A stretch of DNA of 59,094 nucleotides, filler included, from 6 parts of 6 records of this genome joined end to end with filler, not necessarily neighbours in it, one strand, 5' to 3'; counted from the whole stretch's first letter, positions 31,946 through 43,633 are shown. Numbers and translations: made by a program. The notes: generated by a model from the letters alone, not told the origin.

Positions 31946-32440
31946 ATGTTAATGAGAAATAAAGTATTAATTACAGTTGTATTCGTTTTAACAGCTATGT
32001 TGCTATTCGGATGCACAAGCCAACAACCAACTTCCGAAACAAGTAGCGATTCTAGCAGTTTTGGTACAGGAGATAGTGTTACATACGGGGATTACGATGT
32101 TGTTTTAAAGAGTGCTAGAGTATCTAATGAAGGTGCATCAGAAGGAAAAACATATATTTACTTAATGGTTGATGTTAAAAATAATACATCTTCTAAAATC
32201 ATGAGTAATTCATTCTTATCGGGCGCAAAGCTAAGCACAGTTGATGGACTAAGAATAGACGATTTGGAATATGGGGTAACTCCTCCATATAAAGAAGAAC
32301 TTGAAGCTTGCTGGATTGAAGCTGGGAACTATGTAACAGGTGAAGTTGCATTTTTGGTTGATGAAGAATTGACAGATTATTTATTCACTGTTGATTTAGT
32401 ATTGGCAAAAGAAGATAGTAAAATATTATTAACAAAAGAT
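31946..32440 (+). CDS. Lipoprotein, DUF4352-like (3' partial)
   Basis: Lipobox LLFGC, Ser/Thr linker, Ig-like VDVKNN...GEVAF. Confidence 0.6.
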
Positions 32441-32540
32441 NNNNNNNNNNNNNNNNNNNNNNNNNNNNNNNNNNNNNNNNNNNNTTAATTAATTAANNNN
32501 NNNNNNNNNNNNNNNNNNNNNNNNNNNNNNNNNNNNNNNN
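32441..32540. other. Artificial contig linker
   Basis: N run with TTAATTAATTAA. Confidence 0.98.
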
Positions 32541-32689
32541 ATCCAACTGACGACGCGTCTTTAATCCACTATCATTTTCAGGCTTTTAATTATCACATGA
32601 CAAGTACGATGATACTTTAAAAAAGGATTATACGATAAAAAGTGAATGGGCAAATGAAATAAAAGGACCATTGTAACAAAGGAATCAAC

Positions 32690-33131
32690 ATGTTTAATAT
32701 ATCAATCCTTTTCTCGAATACCAACAGATGTAAAGTATAAGGCATATACCTTACATAATTTTAGAAATATAAAACAAATGCAGGTCTTGAAAAAGGATCA
32801 GAAATTAAATATAGAAATTGTTCGACGTGTTTTCCCATTTAAAACAAATAATTACGTTGTAGATCATTTAATTGAATGGGAAAATGTGCCAAATGACCCG
32901 ATTTACATTCTGAACTTTTCTCAAAAGGATATGCTAAAGCCATCACATTATAATCAGATGGCTCTGGCATTTAAACAAGGATCGCAAAAAGAAGCGCAGC
33001 ACACAGCCAATAAAATACGCTACCAACTCAACCCTCACCCTGCCGGGCAGCCTTTAAAATCATTACCTGGTACTCATTCAAATGTCACCAATATTATATC
33101 GGCAATTCAATATCTCTTGAATCTGTCATAA
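32690..33131 (+). pseudogene. KamA-family (lysine 2,3-aminomutase-like) N-terminal remnant
   Basis: KYKAYTLHNF, FPFKTNNYVVDHLIEW, DPIY, LNPHPAGQ; stops before any CxxxCxxC; the RBS-backed ATG at 32690 is out of frame. Confidence 0.65.
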
Positions 33132-33241
33132 AAAGTTATTATCATAAAAGATATTAAAATTCTTTATTGGCAATATGGAATCTCTACAAATTGTACAGCA
33201 GGTTTCAAATTTTTATTATATAAATATGGCTATAAAAAATC

Positions 33242-34207
33242 ATGATCAAAAAAGAGCTCAAAACTGTAAAACTCTCAACAATAAACCAGGATCTCACATT
33301 TCAAATTTCATCGTTAGATTGTGATCCATTAATCCGTTCGATCCGACAGGTGGGTTTGATAAATCCATTAATCCTGCAGGCTCAACCTGACGGGCACTTC
33401 CGAATCGTCTCTGGTTTTCGCCGGTTGTCAGCTTTGAAAAAATTGAATATAACTGAGATACACGCTTTTGTCATTGAAGAGTCCGAAAGTGTGCTGACTT
33501 TATTTGAGCTCACTCTACATGAAAACCTGGCATTAAGACAATACAATCCAATAGAAGTCTCCCGCATTATTAACAAACTGGAAAATTCTCTGGATATGCC
33601 AAAAGAAACGATTGTAAAAAAATATTTGCCTTTGTTAGGCCATGGACGAAATCCAAAAGTTTACAATCTCTATGCACCACTATTAAAATTAAATCAGGAT
33701 TGGCAACAAGCTATCATCGATGATCGGGTTTCTCTGGAAATGGCGTCCCTGATGACTTTTGAGCCTACACCTGATAATGAAAATTTCCTGTCCATCATTA
33801 CATCTCTAAGACTTGGCAAAAACAAACAAAGGGAATTCTGGCAATTATTAAAAGATATTACCCGAATAAAGAACCTGGACATAGAGCAACTCGTTAATTT
33901 GAAAACCATCCGGGATATCCTGGATAATGAAAAAATAACGGCAGCGCAAAAAGCAGAACGTTTCAAACAGATCCTATGGGAATGGCGTTATCCCTCCTAT
34001 TCAAACATTCAACACCATTTCGACACGTTACTTAAAGAAGCGAAACTGCCACCCGATATTCACCTTAGACCGACTCCCTATTTTGAGAGGGAAGATTTTC
34101 ACATCGCGTTCTCATTTAAGAATGATACTGAATACAGCCATAAACTAAAATACCTGCATTCATTACTGGAAAACGGCCATATAAACAAAATGACAAATTT
34201 GACATGA
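33242..34207 (+). CDS. ParB/Srx N-terminal domain protein
   Basis: SIRQVGLINP, IVSGFRRL, ENLALR; no adjacent parA. Confidence 0.8.
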   Translation: MIKKELKTVKLSTINQDLTFQISSLDCDPLIRSIRQVGLINPLILQAQPDGHFRIVSGFRRLSALKKLNITEIHAFVIEESESVLTLFELTLHENLALRQYNPIEVSRIINKLENSLDMPKETIVKKYLPLLGHGRNPKVYNLYAPLLKLNQDWQQAIIDDRVSLEMASLMTFEPTPDNENFLSIITSLRLGKNKQREFWQLLKDITRIKNLDIEQLVNLKTIRDILDNEKITAAQKAERFKQILWEWRYPSYSNIQHHFDTLLKEAKLPPDIHLRPTPYFEREDFHIAFSFKNDTEYSHKLKYLHSLLENGHINKMTNLT

Positions 34208-35307
34208 TAATACAAAAAGATTTTTTCCAGCCAGAAAAAATCCTGGTTGAGGATTGCATACAACATTCAGCTTTCGCACAAAAATTATTGCAAAAGTTTC
34301 CTAATGTCTCCACAGAATCCGTTACTGATGCAGATGAGGTTATCAGAAGAGCTCAAATCACCGAAAATAAAAACGAGTGGAAGGGTACTCTATTATTAGC
34401 ACGGCAACGAGGTCCTTTTTTACGTTTATGCCCTGGCACACAGAAACATATTTGTTGTCTCTATCATAATCTCGATGTAGCAGCCGGATGTGATATTGAT
34501 TGCACTTATTGTATTTTGCAGGGATACCTGAATAATCCGCTGATTACCATTTACTGCAATATGGATGATATGTTTGCAGAGCTGGATAACAAACTTTTAC
34601 ATCATCCAAACATGTTTTATCGCATTGGTACAGGAGAACTCAGTGATAGTCTTACCTTTGATCACATATCTGAAACCAGCGTCGAATTGGTACCCTATTT
34701 TGCTGACAAAACAAATGCGATTATTGAACTAAAGACAAAAAGTGTCCGCATAGAAAATCTATTAGGATTACAGCACAATAGAAGAACTGTTGTTTCATGG
34801 TCGATGAACGCCCATGACATTCGTGAAAACGAAGAATCTTGTGCACCTGACATGAACAAACGACTCGAAGCAGCAAAAGAAATTCAAAAGGCTGGTTACA
34901 GGTTGGGTTTTCATTTCGATCCCATGATATATCATGACGACTGGGAAGAGGGTTACAGGGAAACTGTTAACAAAATATTTAATGTTATTAAACCTGAAAA
35001 CATCGCATGGATCAGCCTGGGGGCATTGAGGTATCCTCCGGCTTTTGATGACATTATCCGTGAAAATCATCCGGATTCCCCCATTGTCCTGGGTGAACTA
35101 TTACCGGGTGTTGATAAAAAATTACGTTATTTCAAGCCTATTAGAATTGATCTGTTTGGCAAGATGTATAATTGGATCAAATCCTATTCAAACGATGTTT
35201 GTGTCTATCTATGTATGGAAAGTGATGAGGTGTGGCGTAAAGCATTTGGTTGGTCACCAGGTAGTAGTGCCAGTTTAAAAAAATTATTGGATGATAGAGT
35301 AAGATAA
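34204..35307 (+). CDS. Spore photoproduct lyase-like radical SAM protein
   Basis: CDIDCTYC, RIGTGELSDS, ELKTKS, GFHFDP, YLCME; ATGA overlap with the ParB-like gene. Confidence 0.85.
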   Translation: MIIQKDFFQPEKILVEDCIQHSAFAQKLLQKFPNVSTESVTDADEVIRRAQITENKNEWKGTLLLARQRGPFLRLCPGTQKHICCLYHNLDVAAGCDIDCTYCILQGYLNNPLITIYCNMDDMFAELDNKLLHHPNMFYRIGTGELSDSLTFDHISETSVELVPYFADKTNAIIELKTKSVRIENLLGLQHNRRTVVSWSMNAHDIRENEESCAPDMNKRLEAAKEIQKAGYRLGFHFDPMIYHDDWEEGYRETVNKIFNVIKPENIAWISLGALRYPPAFDDIIRENHPDSPIVLGELLPGVDKKLRYFKPIRIDLFGKMYNWIKSYSNDVCVYLCMESDEVWRKAFGWSPGSSASLKKLLDDRVR

Positions 35308-35337
35308 TTTTTTGATCGGGAATCGGCGAAATGCTAT

Positions 35338-35679
35338 TTAATTACAATATGATAAAATAAATACATTTATAAAAATCACGTCTAGTGGATCATTCTGTTG
35401 ACTTGTTTTTCTTGTCCAACAACCATCCACTGACCAGATCTTCTTTCTTTTTTTAGACAACCGCTTTAATTTGCTCTCTTTCCGGTGTGCATCCTTCCAG
35501 CTGGGTTGTCTTTCCGTATAAACAAGCGTTACAGGTCGTCTGGAGCGGGTATAACGAGCGCCACCGGTTATCTCACCATTATGCATCCGTAAACGCCTTC
35601 CGATATCCTTGGTGATACCTGTGTACAAGGTTTCGTCTGCACAACGGACCATGTATACAAAATATAAAATATTTTCCAT
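35338..35679 (-). CDS. GIY-YIG nuclease (YhbQ/YazA-like); C-terminus possibly frameshifted
   Basis: YFVYMVRC..LYTGIT, RRLRMHN, GARYTRSRRP. Confidence 0.85.
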   Translation of the reverse strand: MENILYFVYMVRCADETLYTGITKDIGRRLRMHNGEITGGARYTRSRRPVTLVYTERQPSWKDAHRKESKLKRLSKKRKKIWSVDGCWTRKTSQQNDPLDVIFINVFILSYCN

Positions 35680-35681
35680 GC

Positions 35682-36512
35682 CTATTCTTCTGTTACAGGA
35701 TTCTTGCTGTGCTCACCAACAAACATCAGCAGGTTGGCGTTATTTTTGATGACCATCTCTGTTTTGCTGCCAAAGAGTCTGGTCCGTATCGGGTGATGAC
35801 CATAGGCTCCCATGACTAACAGGGCATCCCGTGGAGTCTCATTAAGAACTTCGATCATGGATTTTTGTGAGAAAAATGCCCAGTCAGTGAACTGTGACCT
35901 TTTTATACCTTCCTCTTTCAACAAATCCTCATAATAATCCCTGTCTTTTTTACCTTCCAAAAGAGTGGATACATATAACGGACAGTTGATTTGCCGGGAT
36001 AAAACGAGAGCCCATCTGAGCGCCCTGATAGAATGAACGGATCCACCAAAAAAGACCTGAATATGGGACCATTTTGCAAAACGGCCCGGACCGACAATGG
36101 CCGGAGCAGAGCTGGCCTTTATTAAATTTTTCACAGCCGAACCAAGCCCAGATGAAATAATGCCGGATTTGCTTTCCGCCATGATCCGTGGTAAACTAAT
36201 GATATCAAAATCATTTTCTACGTCAGGTAAATTGGAACCTGTCTTTGTTTTTACATGAACAAGTTTGGCTCCAAAGTCCAGGTCATCTAAAACTTTTTTC
36301 ATATTAGCAACGGCTGTTTCCGGGCTATATAAATAAGACTCGTCGAGTTTTATTTCCACCGAATTATAATCAAAGTAAATCATAAATCTTTCAAATTCGG
36401 GCATATAAACAAACAAATTACCATTAATCTTTTTAGTGAAATCAGCTGCCTGCCGCAGCGTTTCTTTACCGAGTGGTGTATTTCGAAATACATGTAAAAC
36501 ATTCAGGTTCAT
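35682..36512 (-). CDS. Universal stress protein (tandem USP)
   Basis: LLVMGAYGH...FGSKTE. Confidence 0.8.
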   Translation of the reverse strand: MNLNVLHVFRNTPLGKETLRQAADFTKKINGNLFVYMPEFERFMIYFDYNSVEIKLDESYLYSPETAVANMKKVLDDLDFGAKLVHVKTKTGSNLPDVENDFDIISLPRIMAESKSGIISSGLGSAVKNLIKASSAPAIVGPGRFAKWSHIQVFFGGSVHSIRALRWALVLSRQINCPLYVSTLLEGKKDRDYYEDLLKEEGIKRSQFTDWAFFSQKSMIEVLNETPRDALLVMGAYGHHPIRTRLFGSKTEMVIKNNANLLMFVGEHSKNPVTEE

Positions 36513-36654
36513 AACGATCACCTTATTATGAAAAAATAAAAGCATTAAAAACTATGTAAAAAGTATGGAAAAGCTGACATGAAAAAACCATTCCATACAT
36601 ACTTTATGGCAGTACAACAGGATAATAGCATGCCACATTTTCTACAATAACTAT

Positions 36655-38748
36655 CTAGATCTTTTCTGACAACTTTTTAAAACTGATCACATCAAGCGTC
36701 CTGCCATATATAATCAAGCGATTACCACGAGATAAAACTAAATCTTTATCTGGCATAAATCGTTTTGGCTCGGAATCGCTTGAGTCAAATGTTGATTTCT
36801 GACTCAACACCATTAGAATATCTATTTTATAACGATTTCGTAACCGGGCCTGGACAATAGTTTTACCAATAAATTTCTCCGGGAGATCTACCTCTGCCAA
36901 AGAAAATCCAGGAATAACCTCCTGAATTTCTTCTACCTGAAGTGTTTTAAACTCGCTGGCTAATCCATCTGCAAGGCTCAATTTTGCCACGCTTTGATTA
37001 TAAGCGTTTAAAATATCCTGATAATGAAGTGTTCCCAGAATTTGTGTTGTTTGGTCATGATAAACAACAGGGATCTCTTCAACTCGTTGCCGTGCAAATA
37101 CTTTCATGGCCTGTTCCAAATTTTCATTTGCATCAATATGAATGACATTCGGATCCGCAATGTCTTTAGCCAGCAAAACGCCCGGCAAATTTTCATATTC
37201 TGCGAGAATATGTCGTAATGTAGTGGACGTAATTTGTCCGGTTATATGACCCTCTTTATCTGTTGTATACATTGTATCATGAGTTTCCTCCAAAAACCTG
37301 CGAACAACCTCGGATAAAGGCGTCGCTTCAGAAACAGTCAGGATTTTTAGACGAGTGACTTCCTCCACTAACATTGAACGAAGAACACGAGTCTCATGCC
37401 CGGATGCATATTGATAACCGGCATGGCGCAATTCACGCAAATAAATAGAACCATTGAGAGCCAAATGGGCAACGCTGTTACTACCTACAATACCGAGCAT
37501 GAGCGGTAAAATAAAATGATAATTATTTGTCATTTCAAATAAAATTAATATCGCCGTGATAGGAACAGAATTGACACCAGCCAGCAACGCCCCCATACCA
37601 ACGAGTGTATAAGTTGTGGTATCGAGTGGTAATTGAAAAATATGCGACAGACCATAAGCAAAAAGATAACCATAACAGGCACCCATAAAAATGGAGGGAG
37701 CAAATATACCTCCAAATCCCCCGGATCGCAGGATAAGGATCACCAACACAAACTTCAGCACTAAAAGTTCAATAACATAACCGGCTGAATAGGAATGACT
37801 CAGAATGTCATTGATACCTTTATAACCAATACCAAAAATTTCAGGTCTTATAAAACCGGCAAGACCCATCAATAAACCAACAATGAGCATTCCGGTTAAG
37901 GGTGAGATGCGCTTATAAAGCTGCTGAAATTTGACTGTACCATACTCATTCGCCTTGATGAAGGCAATGGATAATAATCCGGCGCCGACACCAAGCAACA
38001 AATAAAACACAAAATGGCTATATGGTCCCAGATCAAGAGGGCTGAATTGAAATTTAATCTCGTTGCCCAGAATCGTTCGTGAAACGGCACTGGCTGATAC
38101 AGATGAAAGCAAGAAAGCACTGAGCGCCGACGCTTTTAAATCATTTAACAATACAACTTCAATAGCAAAAAATATACCTGCGAGCGGCGTGTTAAAAACA
38201 CCGGCTATGGCAGCACCTGCACCTGCAGCCGTAAAGATACGCAATCGGGATTCTGATAATCCTAAAAGTTTTCCAACTGCCGAAACCGCACCAGCGCCAC
38301 TCTGCGCAGCCGGAGCCTCAGGACCTACGGTACCACCTGTTCCGATACAAATAGCCGGAGCAAGAAAATGAAATAAAGTTGTCTTGAAAGAAATATCACC
38401 ATTACGCAGGGATACAGACTTTATAATTTCAAGTACACCACGTTGCTTTGCCTGCCTGGGAGCTGTTTTCGCCATAATCCACTGAACAAACATCCCTACG
38501 ACTGGCACCAAAATGATAATATACTCAAATTTAAAAATGGAGAGCTTTTGTTGGCTGAAAAAAAAGTGAGTTATTAATTCAACAAATTCATGAAATCCTA
38601 CTGCAGCTAATCCCGCGACAGTTCCCAATATCACGGAAAAAATAATAAGAAATGTGTATTCTGAAATGCCCTGAGACGTAAGGACATTTGTCAACTTTAA
38701 ATGGTACCCTTTAAATCCTCGATAAAAGTGTAAAAACCTCCGCTTCAT
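36655..38748 (-). CDS. CLC chloride channel/antiporter with CBS pair and TrkA-C domain
   Basis: GGTVGPEAP, FNTPLAG, FAIE, GGIFAP, FEMT; CBS region; C-terminal FIGKTI..LRNRY. Confidence 0.9.
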   Translation of the reverse strand: MKRRFLHFYRGFKGYHLKLTNVLTSQGISEYTFLIIFSVILGTVAGLAAVGFHEFVELITHFFFSQQKLSIFKFEYIIILVPVVGMFVQWIMAKTAPRQAKQRGVLEIIKSVSLRNGDISFKTTLFHFLAPAICIGTGGTVGPEAPAAQSGAGAVSAVGKLLGLSESRLRIFTAAGAGAAIAGVFNTPLAGIFFAIEVVLLNDLKASALSAFLLSSVSASAVSRTILGNEIKFQFSPLDLGPYSHFVFYLLLGVGAGLLSIAFIKANEYGTVKFQQLYKRISPLTGMLIVGLLMGLAGFIRPEIFGIGYKGINDILSHSYSAGYVIELLVLKFVLVILILRSGGFGGIFAPSIFMGACYGYLFAYGLSHIFQLPLDTTTYTLVGMGALLAGVNSVPITAILILFEMTNNYHFILPLMLGIVGSNSVAHLALNGSIYLRELRHAGYQYASGHETRVLRSMLVEEVTRLKILTVSEATPLSEVVRRFLEETHDTMYTTDKEGHITGQITSTTLRHILAEYENLPGVLLAKDIADPNVIHIDANENLEQAMKVFARQRVEEIPVVYHDQTTQILGTLHYQDILNAYNQSVAKLSLADGLASEFKTLQVEEIQEVIPGFSLAEVDLPEKFIGKTIVQARLRNRYKIDILMVLSQKSTFDSSDSEPKRFMPDKDLVLSRGNRLIIYGRTLDVISFKKLSEKI

Positions 38749-38994
38749 TATTATGAATCTCTCTCAATAGAATATTCCTCTAAGCACCAGCTTTGAGACC
38801 TTATAAAACATCATCAAAATTAGTAAAATATGTATAAATTATTATACAAAATATTTTCCCAACAATCAAATAAAAAGACTTTTGAGGTACAAAAGGGGAT
38901 GATTGGCTGGAAGTTATGCAACATTTCCTGGCAGTAAAAGTGTGGATGACATTTTTTTATCAATTAAAACGTACGTTTCAAAAAAACGCGCGTT

Positions 38995-41824
38995 TTATTT
39001 ATGGTTGTTCTCAAATTGAATCTTAAATAATGTTCCATTACTTCTTTCAATTTCCAACTGACCGTTTAATTGATCAGATAATATGGATACAAGCTGCAAG
39101 CCCAATGATTCCGTTTCCTCTATATTAATATCTGCGGACATTCCCACGCCATCGTCCCGGACAATCAACTCATATTGATTCGCACCGGTTGAACAAAAAC
39201 GAATAGCTATTGTGCCCTGTTTGCGATCAGGGAATGCATGTTTTAAAGCATTGGTCATCAATTCGTTAATAATAAGACCACATGGAATAGCCTCATTGAT
39301 TCCTAATAACACATCCTTAACATCCATGTCAAGCGAGATATTACCCGAAATATCATAAATTCGTAACAATTCTGTAGCTTGAGTTTGGATATAATCGCTG
39401 AAATTAATGTTAGCAAAATCACTGGCTGGTACAATTTTTCATGAACATGCGCCATTGAATTGATTCGGTTTTTGCTTTCCTGAATTGCTGACAACGTATG
39501 TTTATCTTTAATCTTATAGGATTGAAGGTTGAGTAAGCTGGAAATAATCTGCAGGTTATTTTTCACTCGATGATGAATTTCCTTCAGAAGCATCTCCTTC
39601 TCATCAAGAGATGCTTTAATTTTGTTTTCAACTTGAAGTCTCTCTGTTATATCACTTAAAATATTCAGCGTTGCCGGTTTTCCTTCCCAGGTAATTTTAG
39701 CCGTATTCAATTCCATCCATATGGCATCTCCATTTTTGTGATTGATTCTAAATTTATAAACACCAGGGAAATTGAAACCTTCGAGCCTTTTGAGATGCCG
39801 ATCCATTACAATTTGCCGTTCTTCCGGATGAACAAATTCAATAAAGTTTCTACTTTTCATCTCATCCATAGAATAGCCAAAAGTGGACATTGTTTTAGAG
39901 TTTGCAAATTGAATCTGCGCATCCTGAATAACAATAACGCATTCATTGGCATTTTCAACCAAAAGGCGATACTTTTCTTCAGAAATCCTCTGTGCCTCTT
40001 CAGCTTTCATGCGCTCTGATATATCTTCATAAACGGCAACTATTTCACCTGTCGGAAGTTTATAGACATAATTCTCTCTCCATCCGGTAATTCTTCCATC
40101 GCTATAAATTCCAACAGGGTAATGCTCTGGTTGTCCGGTCTTCCAGACTCTTTGAAGCACTTTAATAAGTCCGAAATCCTTTATACCCGGAAAAACATCC
40201 AGAACGCTTCTGCCCGTCAACTCTGTTTTTTTCACCTTATCAATCTTTTCAGCCCCACTATTAAAATCAGAAAAAACAAAATCCTGACCTTCATTTTTTA
40301 CCTCATACACAGCTACTCCGTTATTCATATTATTGAATAACTCCCTGTACCTGGTTTCACTTAATTTAAGCTTCTCCTCTGCCTGTTTGCCTTCCGTTAT
40401 ATCTTCACCAATTGACTGGTATTCGATAATCTGTCCATCATCGTCGAATAATGCCTGGTCCATCCATCGCTGCCATCGTTTTCCTTTTGGCGTGTAAACC
40501 TGGTGTTCATAAGTAACGATTGGGTGTTCTTGAGTGATGGATTCTAATTTCCTGTTAACCTTATCGTGTTCATTTTCAGGCACAAATTCCTTAATACTAT
40601 GATGGATTACCTCTTCTGGCTTTTTGCCAAACCAGCGGCAATATGCATCATTGACAAATGTTATTTTTTTACTTTTCGGTAAAAAACGACAAATGAGAAT
40701 AGGTATGTTTTCTACGATTGACCTGTACTTTTTTCACTCCTGCCTAATTCCTTCTCAACACGATGACGTTCAATAATCTCTCTTGAAAGTTGATCGTTGG
40801 TTTCTTCAAGTTTTTTTGTACGTAATTTTATCAGCTCTTCAAGTTGATTATGATATTTCCCTAATTCCTTCTCTGTCTCTAACTGCTCTCTTATATCGCG
40901 GCAACTGGCAAATAATACTTCCTTATTTTGCCATATACCCTTACTAACCTTCTGCTCAACAAATATTTGCTGGCCCTTTTTACCTTGCAAAGGAATACGA
41001 AAAACAGTCACTTTATTTTTTTTCATATCAGCAAAGACCTGATATACCCGATCAGTATAAACAGGCGAATGTAAATCAAATATATTCATACCAACTAATT
41101 CATCGGAAGAATAATCCAATCGTTTTTGCATGGCAGGATTGCTGTCCAGAATAGTTCCCTTCCAATCAAGAATAATTAGAAAATCATCTATTTCATTGAA
41201 AAGTGTTTGCAAATCTCTTTGGCTTTCATGTAACATCGTATTCGCTTTAATTCGTGCTATTACTTCTCCAATTTGAGTCGAAATAGTTTCTATGGTATAA
41301 CGAGAATTCCTGGAAAAATCAGCCCTGGTGTAAGAGATGAGGCTCAATATGGCCACAAGAGACCCATCATAATGAACAGGAACAATAGCAATCGCCTTTA
41401 GCTTTTCACTCCATGTCTCCAGACTGTAAGGTGGAATAAATTCGCGATAGCTCTTAAAGGCAGGTTTTCCTTTTTGGGCCCATGCGACTTCCAGAGAATC
41501 CGGGCTGCAATGAGAAAATGATTTGATAATTTCCGGAGGTAATCCGTTCTGTACAATAAGATTCAAATCCCCTTTTTCACAATCAGCAAGGTAGATTCCG
41601 CCTCCGTCAATTCCATCGACTTTTAACGCCATTTCCAAAATACGACTCGAGGCTTCATGCAAAGTCTTTGTTGAACTGAGAATAAAAGCGAGATCCCTTT
41701 GAATACGTAATGATTCGTCTGTTTGCCTCAATTCGGTATTCTCAGCCTCCAGGCTGGAGAGTTCCTGACGCAACTGTCTTACTTTATCTAATAGTGTTTG
41801 CTTTATTTTAGCATCATCGCTCAT
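38995..41824 (-). CDS. GAF/multi-PAS sensor histidine kinase (HisKA_2 type), split by two 1-nt frameshifts (~40729-40735 and ~39425)
   Basis: Three consecutive ORFs; [32 protein letters not shown]. Adding single bases restores [10 protein letters not shown] and LYQxSDF. Confidence 0.85.
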
Positions 41825-41994
41825 TTTATTTCATCCTAACAAAAAAAGGTACAATCCAGCCTGGTTTAAAAACATGAATAACTGGAATATACCTATTTAA
41901 TTCAAACAACCTCTCTACGCAACATCGCACTGGCCGCCCATTTCTCTATACCACAGAATTCTATTTTGTGTCATGGAATATTCCAGCCATGTAT

Positions 41995-42010
41995 TACAAG
42001 GAATGTGCCA
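41995..42010 (-). promoter_or_regulatory. Possible sigma54 promoter (non-consensus -12)
   Basis: Minus strand TGGCACATTCCTTGTA: correct -24/-12 spacing but GT instead of GC. Confidence 0.35.
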
Positions 42011-42207
42011 CAAAAAGAGCAAAAGGGAAATGACGGGAACATGGCATAACCACATATTTATCAAAGGATTCAGCCCACTTTAATAACAGGATGACATTAA
42101 AATGGGTAAAAAATTCTACACCAAAGAAAAATGTGCCACATTTCCCCGAGTTCAGTAATACGAATAGAAACAATCTATTCATCAAATCTAGTCGGTACAG
42201 GATAGGA

Positions 42208-42248
42208 TAAAAAAATGTTCCGATAAAGACTCTTACCGGAACATTTTA
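42208..42248 (-). terminator. Terminator downstream of the ECF sigma gene
   Basis: AAAATGTTCCG ... CGGAACATTTT. Confidence 0.65.
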
Positions 42249-42323
42249 TTGCATAAAAAAGAATTATTGTCCAACTTTTTTATTTGTTAATATAGATTTT
42301 TACAAGACTGTTTTTCAATTAAT

Positions 42324-42923
42324 TCAAGTCCAGCATAAGGTATTTTCAGTGTCATATTCTTTTATATACCCCTCTTTTTTTGCGTATTCTTTTAAACTTT
42401 TTTGCAACATTCTTCGTCCCCGGAACAAACGGGACATGACAGTTCCAATAGGCCGATCAATCATTTTAGCAATGTCCTTATAGGAAAAATTTTCTACATC
42501 AGCGAGTAAAATGACAATTCTAAAATCTTCAGAAAGTTTGGCCAGGCCGGCCTGGATATCGTCGTCAAACATGGCTTCATATCGCGTCTCATCATAGGTG
42601 TGCCAATTTTGTGGTTCATCTGTTTCAGCACTGTCACTTTTTATTGCAAATTCTAATTTTTCGAATTGCACTTGTTGTGGCGTTCTGACTTTTTTACGAT
42701 ATTTGTTGATAAAAGAATTCGTCAGTATTCTAAAAATCCATGCCTTAAAATTAGTACCCTTTTCAAATTTATCAAAAAATTTAAATGCGCGAAGATAGGT
42801 ATCCTGAACCAAATCCTCTGCCTCAGCTGTATTTCGTGTCATACGTAATGCTGTGCTATAGAGTGAATCCATATATTCAAATGCAACTTTTTCAAATTCG
42901 ACTACTTTATCTTTGTCATCCAT
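42324..42923 (-). CDS. ECF sigma-70 factor (SigH/RpoE-like)
   Basis: [31 protein letters not shown]. Confidence 0.92.
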   Translation of the reverse strand: MDDKDKVVEFEKVAFEYMDSLYSTALRMTRNTAEAEDLVQDTYLRAFKFFDKFEKGTNFKAWIFRILTNSFINKYRKKVRTPQQVQFEKLEFAIKSDSAETDEPQNWHTYDETRYEAMFDDDIQAGLAKLSEDFRIVILLADVENFSYKDIAKMIDRPIGTVMSRLFRGRRMLQKSLKEYAKKEGYIKEYDTENTLCWT

Positions 42924-42971
42924 GATTACACCTTCCTTTTCAAAATGTTTTTAGAGCAAAAAGATACCTTT

Positions 42972-43391
42972 TTACCTATCCAAAGACAGCCGGTATTTTA
43001 CATCATGAGATCCTACAAATAAAAGAGCTTTGTGTATTTTTTCTCGAATCTTGATAAGAGAAAGAGGTTTTGGCAGAAAATCAAAAGCACCTAATTGAAC
43101 AGCCTGAAAAGCATGTGTTATCGTATTATTACCGGAAATCAATATAACTGGAATAGACTCATCCTGCTGTTTAATTAATTTCAATGCTTCAAGACCATCT
43201 ACATTGGGCATGGCTATATCCATAAAAACAACTTTAGGTTGTTCATTTTTAACTTTTTGCAGTGCCTCACTCCCATCTTTTGCTGTAAGAAATGGATAAC
43301 CTTCCATCTTGAGAAATTGAGTAAATGCGTAAAGAATTTTCTCATCATCATCAACGACCAGGATTTTAGGATTTTTCCGTATAGAATTCAT
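42972..43391 (-). CDS. Single-domain response regulator
   Basis: ILVVDDD, FMDIAMP, ISG, FLPKP. Confidence 0.9.
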   Translation of the reverse strand: MNSIRKNPKILVVDDDEKILYAFTQFLKMEGYPFLTAKDGSEALQKVKNEQPKVVFMDIAMPNVDGLEALKLIKQQDESIPVILISGNNTITHAFQAVQLGAFDFLPKPLSLIKIREKIHKALLFVGSHDVKYRLSLDR

Positions 43392-43616
43392 AAGTATTAT
43401 CGTTTTGTTTTTAGTTATTAATGTTGTTAATAACGAAATGTTATGGTTAACAAAGCCCTTTAAATAATTATATGGCTTCTTTCAGAAATAAAATAAGTTT
43501 TGTAACTCGGACATTATTTTATTTTAACAATGAGAAAAGATGACCATTTTTTCAAGTAACATGAAAAATTACTTAAAAGGTACAAAAACGATTACTACTC
43601 TTTCATGACATAAACA

Positions 43617-43633
43617 AGCAACAGTCTTGCCAA
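43617..43633 (-). promoter_or_regulatory. Sigma54 (-24/-12) promoter
   Basis: Minus strand TTGGCAAGACTGTTGCT matches TGGCA-N6-TTGC. Confidence 0.7.
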
